Shown here: one piece after another, positions 1-12,133 of the stretch
How the letters are laid out: each line of letters begins with the position of its first letter
Numbering within the stretch: position 1 is the stretch's first letter
NCBI GenBank assembly: GCA_030704615.1
Contig: CM060734.1
Location: 42,904,001-42,968,000 of the forward strand
Source of the DNA: Takakia lepidozioides
Taxonomy: Eukaryota > Plantae > Bryophyta
Direction of reading: 5' to 3'
DNA: 64,000 nucleotides
The notes under the pieces: model-generated
The model's input: only the letters and a program-made list of their open reading frames with translations
What the model was told of the DNA's origin: nothing
Database searches by the model: none
Program-made: the position numbers and the translations under genes

Positions 1-374
1 AAAACATTTCTTACAGAACCATCAACACTTCAAGTCACTGAAATAGATTATCAACAAGCTCTTCAAAATTATCTGGTCTCGTGATTTGATGATGGCACTT
101 CAAGAACGTTCATGCTGGTATGTTCATCAGTGACACATCATCCCGATAGTCTGCCATCAGCCAGAATACTGGCCAAAATTGTTTGGATATGATATGTCCA
201 CTTGCTATCGGGCTAGAAGGTGATATTATCGAGGTCTGTCGATATGAAAGTTATGACCTGTACTTTACTATTCTCCGAATTTCACTCAGAATTCTCTCAG
301 AAAAAAATCCATCCAGGGGTGGGATCACCTGGTAGGTTGCAGTAAGAGCAATTATACGACAGAACATTTCATAC

Positions 375-3230
375 CTTTAGCTTATCATAAGTTTCATCCA
401 GGTTGGCATTGACTAGAGTATAAGTGAAGAGCTTGGCATCTTTCCCACGCTCCAGCTCAGCCTTGGCATTTTTCAACCGTTTCTGAATCTGCTCCTCAGT
501 CTCTGTCCCCCTGAGCCACGGAAATGCAAGGAAAGACTGCATTACATGAATGCCTCCATCATGACCAGAAGCTACCCAGCCAGTACATGAATTGCAAATG
601 CAGACCAACAGAGGGATAACTAGAACCAAACAATGAATACATTGTGTGACAAGTCTGACAGAGCCCACCCCTGAAAGGGGCAAGTACTTGCAAGGAGAAG
701 AGCCTCTTACTTACGCTAACTTTGGTTGGCATCATCTCACTCTCTGTCACAAGTCAAAAATCAAGGCAACCCAAGGCCAAACAAGGAACATGCGGGTCTT
801 CATGAAGATCTGCATAGTGATGAATTGATAGAGAAAGAAGTAGTAGGACTAATACAATACAAGGAGCAATGTGACTGTGCAGAAATGAAGAGTTCCAGAA
901 GTATGTCTTGTGAAGAAAAAATCTAGAAAATTGCCAGGCTAAGAGAATTTCCTCACACCTAATCCAGCAAGAGCACTGGTGAAATAACAGTATTTTCATA
1001 TATTGCAAGTACATCATGCAATAGAGCCACTTAAAGAGGATTCTCGTTCCTAACCAAAGAAAGGTATGCTCCTCACCTTCCACGCAAGCGCTTCTCAAGC
1101 TCTTCCTCCTCTGGATATGGGGGTTTGATAAACAAGAACAAGGCATTCAAAGGGCTCTTTTTCACAAGTTGCGCCCCTTGCACATCAATATCCAATATAC
1201 ATGTCTGCATTGCAACAACCCTATATGATTATTAGATTATAAGAAGCTCTGAGAAGCGCAACAGAAACTCACCAGATCCTGGCTGCCAAAGAGAGGAACC
1301 AGAAACCTTGAACCACACAGATATGCTCACTGCAAGCATCTGTAAGATATAGCTCCACACATCACAGTTAGTGCAATAAACAGCCTCTCTAATCATGAGG
1401 TTGGAAAAAGAGGCCTTAGGACATCTCCTACCTTGCCAACATCACTGACAGCCTCAACAGCAGCCAAGCTTGTTCCATACAAGTTTCCGTGAACCTCTGC
1501 AGACTCTAGGAACTTCCCCTCCTTGATTTGCGTCTCCATCATTGGCCGACTGGTGAAATGATAATGAACACCATCTTGTTCCTTCTCCCTGGGCTTCCGG
1601 GTGGTATGGCTGACGGAAAACCCAAACTTCTCTGGAAAGTCTTTCATCAACTTTCCAATAAGTGTTCCTTTTCCAACACCAGAAGGGCCACAGATGACAA
1701 CTGGTCGCAAAGCATCCCCTGTGACTCCCTTGCTCCATGCCACCACTTCCCTCTTCAGAATCTCGGATTGTCTTTTCACAAATGGAGTATCCACCTGCCA
1801 TGGTACATTACACAAGCTGTTGATGCCTGTACTTGGGTGGATGCAAAATAGCTATTTAAATGCCTGACATATTAAGGCAAAGTATGGCACCCTAGTAGTG
1901 TCCAAACAAAATTTAACCATTCATGGTCAAGGGGGACAGCTCACTTCAAGAAACCAGATGTCGCCCACAGTTGTGGTGCTGTGACCTCCATAGACAAGGA
2001 TACGCCCGCCCTCAAGCAGCACCGCTGAATGAGCGCAGCGAGGTGAAGGAGGAGTCCCTAGCACCTTTGGCTTGATCCTACAAAAACAAGACTATTATTC
2101 GGACAACAGGAAATGTTGCACTTATATGCTGCAACAGCAAGGGCAATGGGGAATAATACCTCTGCCACAAAGTAATGTACTTCAGACTCGAGCATCAAGC
2201 TAAGGGACTTATCCCTAATTTGTCAAGATGCATTTTATCCAGTGGTCCTCAATGTCTTCATCAGCCAATTCACTATGGGTGCGCCCTCAAAGCCTTCCCT
2301 CTGGACTTTGCCATGTGGCTCAAACTCGGGAAACAATACATCTGAACATGATTATAGAAAATGGATAGAAGTACTGCCGATTCATTAGCCCTACACCCTA
2401 CATCCTCGTTCCCTCTATTTCCAAGAGTGACAACATACCATCTCTCGACCACGGTGTCCATGATGTAGACATCGTTCAGCAAGCCGCTTTCTCCATAGCC
2501 ACCAAACACAAACTGCAACACAGAAGGGAAAATTCGATCTCGCTTAAAGCTAAGACTTTCTCTGAAGATTTCATATGGGCAAGGAACAAGCATTATTTGA
2601 GACAGTGTAGAAGCGGATAACAAGTGAAGAGTAGAGCTGCCTGAAGGTGTGCTAGATTGAGTGAGAGACAGCCATGCATTCACAGAAGACAAGCAATATA
2701 GCGCTGAGGAACTGTCAGCCTACAAATTTGTCTCCAACGACAGTGGCTGTATGTAATGAACGTGGGTCCGGTGGCTGTCCCGAGAAAGAAGGCTTGACAC
2801 ACTCCTGCTTCTTCGAGTTGGATTCTTCGCCCTGAGCCCAACAAACGATCAGATCATCAGTGCAACTGCAGCCAACAACCAAAATCCACAAAGCTACATT
2901 GCGCCATAGCTTTTAGCTCTTGATCCGTCAAACTGCAGAAACGAAGGCGCATATGTTCCTCACAAGTTCCGCTGCAGGCGCGAATACTAGCATGCTACAG
3001 CACTGCAAAGCTTTCCAGACCTTCCTCAACCTAGACTCTGAAAAGAAAATTAGCATACTTGGTTCTATAATTGCTGGGATTTGCTTTTTGTTCCCCTGCA
3101 TCACATACGGTTGGAGGCAAAACACGCCCACATCGAGAGCACCCCGCTACGCACTACAACATCCCCCAAAGCGAATACTAGTGCCAAGACTCGTGATCTT
3201 GCAACTCAATCAGCACCTTACCATAGTCAT
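375..3230 (-). CDS. GK: Plant cytosolic guanylate kinase with N-terminal Kelch-type repeats (spliced; 3' exon(s) not resolved or outside the window)
   Basis: GT-AG exons read by eye: ATG exon 3230/3224-3222, then 2831-2724, 2512-2439, 2077-1945, 1794-1432, 1204-1077 and 510-375. Kelch motifs [18 protein letters not shown] and [16 protein letters not shown] motifs [45 protein letters not shown] and [13 protein letters not shown]. Confidence 0.95.
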
Positions 3231-6200
3231 CTTCGGTGAAGCCTCCAATTCCGCACAAGGCCCCAGACCTGAAAAATGCATGTACTCAACTCCGCAGTTC
3301 TATCAAACGAAACTCATGTAGGTAGTCAACACACCACTCCTCCACCGGACACCCAACCCCCAAGGCGGCCTCCGGCGGTATCGTCCCGCGTCACCAAGAT
3401 CCCAGAGTCAAGCGACGAAAGTGTCACTCAAAAGCGTTAGAGACGACATATGAAGAACTGGAGATCCATGCCAGGAATCCCGGCCCCAGGGTCGGTCCCA
3501 GCAGTGCAAGTGTGTGTGTGCAGATAGTTTGGAGGAATTGATTCCTCCACCGAGCTTCCAGCCAGCAAGACTGCCCCAGCCATTCAACGCTCCACAGCGT
3601 GCCAGCCTTGCACACTCTTCTCTGACCCCCCCCTCTCCCTTCACCCCCCCTCTTTTCTCTTACGCACCCTCTTCCGTTGCCGCTCTCTTTCCATAAACGC
3701 CCACGATTGGCTCCGTACAGAATCTCACGGTCCTCGAAGCATCCACGTGGGCACCCGGAAATGATGATGAGGTTCAACTTCTTTGTCCTGGGTAGCTTCC
3801 ACACGACGACAAGTTTTGTTCCCCTCCCATTTTTTTATCGTGTTGCTAGGCTACTTTAGTAGGTAACTACTTACTTATAAGCATGTGTGTTCGGGACAAG
3901 TTGTGCTTGTTTGTGATGACGTGCATAGGTACTCGTAAGCATTTTTCGCGACAAGTTGTGTGAGGACTGATACGGTGAGTACTTAGGTACTTATGAGCGA
4001 GCGTGTCGGAAATTTCCCACAGCAAGTTGGAATGACGGTGCAGCTTCTCTGCATGTGATGACCAGAGTACATACTACATACTTACCCTCCGTCGCAAGTG
4101 ATGTAACAACGGTGGTGCTGTTTGTTGTGGAGCATATGAGTGTGTGTGTGTTGGTGTATTTCCCACCACAAGTGGTGTAACGAAGGTTGGTTGTTTGTTT
4201 GTTTGGGATGACGTGAGAAGGGTGAATGAGTGCCGCATGTCAGAATCGTGGCCACTTTACAAATTATTTAGGTGACCGCATATCCAATCTATGTGGTAAT
4301 GGAGGACAGATTTGGCCCCCACCCGTCCGCTACCGGAGATGCAGCAGCTATCCAATTATTTGCTACAAAAGTGGGGTTAGGTACGATACATGTGATTGTG
4401 TGCGGTGGCAAAGTGCAAGTGTAGTGTGAAAAACAAGCCTCGGTACCCAAGCGCTGTGCAAGGTGCGGACTTTCAAAGTCGTCACCACCGACAAGGTTGT
4501 TCATCCGACCGAGGAGCATACAATGATATGTATGCAAGGATGTTGCATGTCAACGATGTGATCTTTGTTTATATTTTCCTCCTTCAAGGAGAAGGAAAGT
4601 CCATACTCAGTACCAAACGGTGTTGGATAGTGCACTGCATGCCCCCAGGTGATTCTGGGCTCAAATCCTCCTACCTTGTATTCACCCATGTGCCCTTGAG
4701 CCTTGTGCTTGTCGCTCATGCAAGGTTACTTGGAAAGAGGTTAGTTTTTCCTCTCATTGTAATTAAGAGGCCTGATTTGTGAGTCGTTCCCAAGTATTTC
4801 CCTTAAACAATCTATTGGCCCTGGGCGACAGGGTAGGGACTACGCATCAAGTTGGCCAAAGGCCCTTAACCTTATATCATGGGTAATTCCCATGAAACTT
4901 AATGGGAACATGAAAGTTTTTAGTTCCTACATTAGAATGTATGCATATGCAGCATGAAGCATGAAGTACCTTATACCCCAAGTGGGTCCCAGCTGGGCAC
5001 ATGCTCCTTATGTTTTTAATGTGTTCTATTCATGGCTGATTGTCTATGTATATTCATCTACTCATAGATCAAATGATAATATGTGGTTATATCCCAAGCG
5101 ATCAGAGGTTTCTCATGTTCTTTATGTGTTCTACTCGAGCCCTTAATTATCATGATCCTTAATCGGCAGTACTCATAGAATGGCATAAGTAAGATTTAAA
5201 GGCCATAGGCCTTGCTAGTTCGTTTACACTCATGATCACTCATGATCTCCCCTTCAGTGACTACGGTGTGTGCTTTATGGCGATATCGAGGGTTTTAATT
5301 TTTTCCCCTCCAATAATTCTAATAAATAAACCAGGGCCTCAGTTCCCTGTTCACAAATATATATATATGTATATATATATATATAATAAACAGTACATAT
5401 ATTTTGGTATTTTTATTTTTTAATGTTTTTTTCCTTTTAAAAATAGAGGCCAGTGTTGTATTGGTATATAACATAGGAGACTGATATGTGCACAATATAT
5501 GTACTGCTATTAAATACCAAATTAGTCAACAACAGGGCTTAAGTGTATGTCACGCTGTTCGACATAACATCATTCCATAAAACTTCATATCAGTAGTATT
5601 TGGTGTTAGTTGATATCATACATCAATATTTAATTCATACATCAATAAAGATCTGTCAAGGTCTTTGTCCCGGCTTCATATATATATATATATGCCCATG
5701 GCAATGCAGAATCAACATGCAAAATATCACATACTTTAAAAAAGGCAAGTACCATGGCACTTGAGGTTATTTTTTCTTCTTTTAGTTTAGCCGCATAGAA
5801 CATAACATGCTAAGGCCCCGGCCGCACCTGGCTGCTAAGCGGCTTGCTAAGCTAGCTACCAGCCGTTAACGGCGTGGTGACAGCCGCACTTGCCCGTTAC
5901 AACCCCCGCTAGTTAGCGGGCTCCTAGCTGCTGTTAAAGCTGACGTAGGGGTTCCTCCGAAATTTAGCACGTCCTCCCCCAAGGTGGTAAATCGCGGTCA
6001 CCGACTAAAAATCGGGCAGTCGATCTTGCGCGCAACAGAGGTTTGCAGCGACTCCCCTTCCCTGCGATCTCTTCCCTGCGATCTCTCCCTTTCTCCCTCC
6101 CTGCCCCTCTTCCCTCTCTCTCTGCCTCCCTCTCTTTCATCATCTCTCTCAATCCATCTCCTTCTATTCTTGTTCTTTCTTGTTTTTTGTTTTTGTTTTT

Positions 6201-6741
6201 GGTTGTTTGTGTATTCATGGGGTGGGTGACTGCACAGCAAGGAGCGCGGGGCGGGCGATAGCAAGTCACCGGCGACCGCAACTTAGTCAATGCAACTCGT
6301 TCGCAATTCAGTGAGTGCCATTTACATAGTGCTTTGTGCTTTCCACATGGAGTGCTTTGTGGCTGGTGCAATGGGCTTCCCTCCTGTTGTTCTTGTGGTC
6401 TCCACTGTTGGCGTCAGGCTTGAATTGAGGAATTGATCCACGCTCAGTCTTTGGGCAGCTGTTGGCTAGGCTTGTTGTTGGTTTCTTCTGTTTGAGAGGT
6501 GCTGGGTCAATTGCCATGTTGTATATGTACAGGTGGTTGTCCGGTTGTATTGATTTATTGTCACTTGCCATTAAAGTGGGTTAAATGACAATGAACATCA
6601 TTGTTGGGTCTACTTAGTGGCTGGCTTACAATATCTGAAGCAAACATCCAAGCCAAGAACGATAGCAGATAGTGAAATGTCCAGGGATGGTGTGATTGAC
6701 TTAAAAACTGATGAGGTCCAAACTTGCCAAAACAATTGTAC

Positions 6742-7318
6742 TCATAAGACGTTGTTTGCCGTAGCCTTGTGGCCATTGACCCCGCGCCCAGTTTGAGTGG
6801 GAACAAAAGGAACAGAACCTACCTCCGTCAGGGGCTGACGTTGGTAGTAAGACTTACCATCATATAAGGAATTAATCCGGGTTTTCCAGATATCCTCTAG
6901 AAAACCCTTCACACAAGCATCAATCTGTTGTGTGTGATTTGCCCAAAAACTAGGCCTCGGGAGGGCCTGGGCTTTTGGCTCAGCCTCGAGACTTTCAAAG
7001 TTGGTAAACAGGGGTACAGGCACAATTCCCTTGATAGAATTGAAGAGAGCGTCTCCTTGGTGAGAGAACCCCGGACAGTGTATCAGAAAGTGAATACTGT
7101 CTTCAGATTGCCCACACAGCGGGCAATTGCACTCTCCCTTTCCTCTCTGCTTCTGTTTGCTGTTCAAAGGTAGGCTTCCTGCCCCGAGTTTGAATTTCAG
7201 TCTAGTGCCGAGAGTGGGTAGACCCTTGAGGTCATCCAAGATGTCCTCCCCCATGTCACTGACTAGAAACCAGCCCTTATGTTTGCGGATGACTTCGCCA
7301 GGGACCTCTTTGAGGACC
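6742..7318 (-). pseudogene. 3' fragment of a non-LTR retrotransposon (LINE) ORF2 with a C-terminal CCHC zinc finger
   Basis: RLKFKLGAGSLPLN...CPLCGQSEDSIHFLIHCP...FLEDIWKTR, typical of LINE ORF2 C-termini. It abuts the truncated Harbinger ORF. Confidence 0.75.
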
Positions 7319-7736
7319 TCTTAGTATCCTGCATCTGTATAACCGGTGCAAGGGCATTGCACAACCAATCGAATGTGCCTGCACTCATCTTCATAATCTG
7401 CAGCCATCTCTCGTCATCATATTGCAAAAGAAAGTCCTCAAACCAAGCTCTCGATCTGTGCTTGACCCACATCCCTGAAGACACACCACCTCTCGGCTTG
7501 TAGTTCCTAATGGTCCAGAACTGGCGCTGCAAAAAACTCCTACATGCAAGGAGTAACATATCTGGATCGTCCTCCTTGGCTAGGTCAATATCATGACGAA
7601 GCAGAGTCGGTCGTGCCTCTTGTGGGCGTCTCATCCCAAACAACTCTGGAGCCTGATCGAGCATGAACTGTATAAAGACAAGAATCTCTCCCATGGCAAT
7701 AGCCAATTCGTTTGTCATATTGAAGTCTGAACTCAA
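7319..7736 (-). pseudogene. N-terminal fragment of a Harbinger (HARBI1-like) transposase
   Basis: WVKHRSRAWFEDFLLQYDDERWLQIMKMSAGTFDWLCNALAPVIQMQDT matches the Harbinger N-terminal HTH region. No DDE catalytic part was seen. Confidence 0.8.
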
Positions 7737-9374
7737 GAACCAGCAACACCTCTACTAGGGCAGTATTTAAATTGGCATCTTCTATGACTCCAACTTTGAC
7801 AATGAACCCTGTAGATATGAGCATTCCAATGCTTGAGAACACATCTCAAGATGGATATCATACATCACTAACTTAGCTTGATCCACAGTATGGAGCATGA
7901 AAATGTAGTCTCATGGAGTATCATTATTGCAGGCTATGCTCAGCATTGGTGTGGTAGGGAGGCCCTCCAACTATTTGAACAAACACAATGGATAAAACGT
8001 AGAGTTTGGACAGATCAGAGTTGTCTGTAAAACAGTCTCTTCTGCAAAGGGCTTGTGTGCAGCAGCTGGTGGGCCCAGAAGGAGCTTGTGCAATATCATT
8101 GTGTTCCCTCCACTGGATACATAAACTTGAACAGGCTCTTCAAGACCAAAAGGTCGAGGCATTGATGATGTTTAAGCATCATCAGACATTGAAAGACATT
8201 TCAAAAGGGATCGACCAGCCAAGCATGCCTGTCAAAACAGGGAGAAACCTGCATGGAGCAATTCCAGAAAAAATTCTCACCTTTGCGACTCAGGAAGGCC
8301 TTTTGTTGTCTTCTAGCATCAAATCGCTGTGAACTCTACAGGCACCAAGCACCACAGCTCCCTCTTCCCTGCAGCCTTTCGCAGTTGGTGATCGCTTGTC
8401 ACTGACAAAAAGATAGCACAAGTCTCTCAAACTGACCTTCCACTGGAACAGCAGTCTGAACGCGGCAGGGCCTGGGTCGTCAAGCACTCCCACGGGCTCC
8501 GTCCACCATAGCCGTGGGGCAGCCCGATTTTTTTTTTTTGCGCTTCTGCTAACAAACTGCCGCGCGACGGTTTGTTAGTAGCCAGGTGCGGCCGCCGTCG
8601 AGGTTCCTGCCAGACCTGCTAGCTAGCCGGCGCGCTAGCTGCGGCTAGTGGCCTGCTAGCTAACCGGCAGGTGCGGCCGGGGCCTAAGGCAACCCCGATC
8701 GACCATGACACTAACTATCCATTAGATTTTTCAATTCCCAGCACCCCCCTTAAAAGTTACACTGCTGGACAAAAACGATCCATTTACCCGCTGGTCCGCC
8801 GCCGAGATCCGGCAGCGTGGCGCGTCGCCAGAGGCTGCCCGGACGGACCGCTGGTTGCAGCCCTGCAGTCCGTTGCATGGACCGGGGGGCCCAGTAATTA
8901 AAAAAACTCAAGTTAAAGGTGGGGCGTGCCCCCGCCTAGATGGCCTGTCGTGCAGCTTAGTTTGCCGCCAAACCTGCGAGCAGATGGAGGTCAACGTCTT
9001 TAAGCGCTTGGGTGGCGGCAGTCCGCCCTTATACCATAGCCAAGCTTAGGCTATTGCCCATCTCATTGCCTTGGGGCGCCTCTTTTTAAGGTCGTCATCA
9101 TCATCATGTCATGGTACATTGCATAGTACCTAAAAAAAAAACATCATGGCTTAATTCTCATGGGGTTAACCTCTTTTCCCACATATTAGTGAGGTCCTCC
9201 AAGCTTTTCTAGGCTTGGAGGCCTTGTAGGACTAAGAAAATAAGCCTGAAAATTAGTTTTAGGGAGAAAATAAATTTCCAACAACTTTATAAATTTTTTC
9301 TTAAAAACACATTCAAGGTGTTAGCTTTCCCCCATTCCCTCTCCCCGGGGGGGAGGGGGGGGGGGGGGGGGTAA

Positions 9375-10680
9375 TGCTTAACTACCAAGACAATATTGGA
9401 AACCAAGATGAGCTTGAGTGACACTAGGTCTCACTCACTCGCTTTCAAAGATAACAAAAAATGACAAAATAAATGAAGGTTTCCCACCAACTAAACAAGC
9501 ATCGATCCAAGGGTTAGTTGGTTAGCTTCCCTGGCTTTTTGGTTAGCTTCACTCATAAAAGAGGACCTAGTGGCCAAAGGAAATGAACACCCACCCCAAA
9601 ACTAGAGATCCCACTGCATGGTTAGCTCCCCAGGGTAAATCTTTCTATTTTGAGTACATCACACGACTCACAAAGCAAGAGACAACTCCATGGGCCTCTT
9701 TGCCACTATAGAGAGTTAGAAACCCCCTCTTTCTCACGTTCCTACCACTCCTTTGTTAGTAGGACCAAACTAGGGTTAGTGCAAATGACTCCAACAATTG
9801 AAAAACAAACAAAACACAAAATACAAAGAAAAAAATGGACAAATGACCAAAAGACTCTTTCTCTCCACTCAAAATGCTTTCACTTGGCTAAGTGGGCTAC
9901 CAAAACCTAGGGGGAAGGGGTAGTGTTCACCTCTCCTATGGGGTTTGTTGCTCCTACCTCCTCTCTCACTCTAAGGGCTCACCACACTCTCAAGTTGAAA
10001 CACACTTCGCTTTTTGGGGAAGATCTCTCATTTTCCATTTCAAAATGATTCCTTGGCCTTACAAACTACGCACCTAGGGTATCCATAGTCTTCCTAGCAC
10101 CAACTAGTTGCTTCCTCCAAGCTTGCCTAAAACATCTAGGCTAAGCTTTAGCACACAAGCAATCTAGGACTTCACATGACAAAGCTATGCTCACAAGCAA
10201 GCTCTCTAAGAAACTAACTAACAAGAGACTAACAAGCAAAAAACAAGAGTGAAGTGGTGAGCAAGCTCACCTCCTAAGCTACTTATACTAGAAAAACTAT
10301 AAAAGATGATTAGATGGAATATCCAAAATCCTTGGATGAGAAAAAAATTCAACACTTCTTGGTTGGTAGGTGATACATTTCATCCAACCAGCTGTCTCAA
10401 GGCGCTCTTATCCCTTTGAGGCCCAAAAATCCCCTTCAATTGAATTTCTTGTGGCCACATGCGCTCGAAAACTTTATAAATGGTGATTTGTTGCAAATCC
10501 TCTCCAAAAATCTTGAACTTAGCCACAAATTCTCTTGGAGTATGCTTGAAATACCCACCAAAATTCAGGTCCATGTGGTTTAACCATCAACCATGGAAAA
10601 TCAACAATGTTGGATAAAACCTCTTTAAGATTTTTGATAGAAGACCAAGACATCTTAGAAGCTTCTTGAATTTATTTCAC
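9375..10680. mobile_element. Probable LTR or solo-LTR remnant of an unrelated retrotransposon
   Basis: Non-coding, A/C-skewed LTR-like composition, a reverse TATA-like motif near 10280 and a poly-G tract at 9346-9371. No partner LTR, PBS or TSD was found. Confidence 0.3.
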
Positions 10681-10840
10681 ACGCAGAAACTTAATTGTCC
10701 TCTTGGGAAAAAGAATATAATGTCGGCAGTTTGGTGTTTGCCGCACTACAATGTTTGTTTGCATGAATGAACTAAAACACAAGGGAACCCATGCTTGATC
10801 CCTGTCACTGACATATCCGAGTATGAAAATAAAATCATAA

Positions 10841-11310
10841 TCATGGGCATGTGCTCCACGCCTCCAACGTCCTCATGAAACTGCATTGGAGCAACGTGAA
10901 AATTTCTACTTGATACATTGCGAGACCGTTGTCAATCGTGTCGTTTAAAGCATAGCCCATCAGGCATTTTCTTATGAAGGCCAAGCACTCATTGTTTGCC
11001 TCTACTTTGAATAGCGATGGGACGTTGAGGTGAGAAACAGGCAGACCGTTGTTTGCAGTCATATAATTGGCCCCTACATATTCGAACACGGATGCCTCGG
11101 CGTGAGCCTGGTCGCGTGAGCGCAACTGCGCTCACGCCACGTCACCCGGCGCCAACGCCACATCACGGGGCTCACTCCACGTCATCGTGCTTGAAGGCCG
11201 CGTCACCACGCGCCAAGGAAGAAGTGGAGTGTATTCCCACTGAAGAGCACCCTTTACCGTGGAAACAAGTTGGACGACATAATGAAAGGACGTGGTCATT
11301 TTCACCTGAA
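10841..11310 (-). pseudogene. Decayed ORF of unknown function (~155 codons, one in-frame stop)
   Basis: ORFs 11132-11512 and 10841-11125 are in the same frame, separated by one TGA. A TTTCAG|GTG acceptor lies near 11306. No recognised domain. Confidence 0.35.
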
Positions 11311-11311
11311 A

Positions 11312-11690
11312 GCAACAGATGAATGAAGGATGGATGAATGTAGAGTGGATGATAAACAGATGGATGGGTGCGAAAAATGAAAGTAGATGGATGAATGTGG
11401 GATGGGTAAGAGTAAAATGGATGAATGTATAATGGATGTTGAATAATGGAAAACATTCATGACTGGATGATGCATGAATACACTGTAGATGAATGCACAA
11501 TGTATATGACATGAGTGTGGTAGGTTTGTGGGGTGGATTTCAGAGTACAGTGGATGAATGCACAATGGATGTTGAATAAAGAAAAACATTCATGAATGGA
11601 GCACGCATGAATACACAGTAGATGAATGCACAATGGATATGACAAGAGTGAGAGGGGTTTGTGGGATGGATTCATACAAATTGCCATTTT
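11312..11690. repeat. Low-complexity GGAT/GAATG repeat tract
   Basis: Many degenerate ggatgaatg / tggatg units. Confidence 0.8.
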
Positions 11691-12133
11691 AATGAAAGTG
11701 GATTCTTTGATTCTTTTTTTTCTTCTGCCGGAACAACTACAATGGAGTAAGGGGATTTAATGTTTTCCGAAGATGATGAAACAGAACATTAAAAGAACAA
11801 AGTTCAGTCTGACTCAGAGTCATACAATGTATCCTCGCGTCCTCTGCATCTAAGTCTAAGTATTTAAGAACTCCGAATCTATGCTGGCTACACCTGCGGC
11901 CGGGCAATAAAAAGTCAGGGGATAGAGACTCGGCCGCATGAAGTGTCATTGCTTCGGCATACACAGGAAGCAGAAAACTGGAAAGGGGGCTGTCGAAAAC
12001 AGACTCGCAACAAATGGGGGTATCTCCTGAAGATCCATCGCTGCCTTTCCTGCAAGTCACAGCCCGAAAAAAGTTATTACTGTAAATTTGATGTCCGAGA
12101 AATTGAGTATGGCTCCCAAAGTGGGTTTAGGAC

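Larger units (their letters stand above)
5814..8684 (-). mobile_element. Non-autonomous PIF/Harbinger DNA transposon
   Basis: Perfect 17-bp TIRs GGCCCCGGCCGCACCTG (5814-5830, 8668-8684), a TAA duplication on both sides (5811-5813, 8685-8687), GCTAGC-rich subterminal repeats and an internal Harbinger transposase fragment. Confidence 0.9.

Noticed and set aside
3800-5800. Short ORFs, ACAAGTTGTG repeats and (TA)n tracts upstream of the guanylate kinase gene
   Set aside because: No recognisable domain, termini or TSD; cannot be assigned.
5964-6371. Overlapping Glu/Arg-rich ORFs
   Set aside because: They are products of a CT/GA low-complexity tract inside the Harbinger element.
10700-11125. SET domain suggested by VFEYVG, GYALND and PNC
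   Set aside because: No GxG motif, NHS or ELxxDY signature was found; similarity is too weak.
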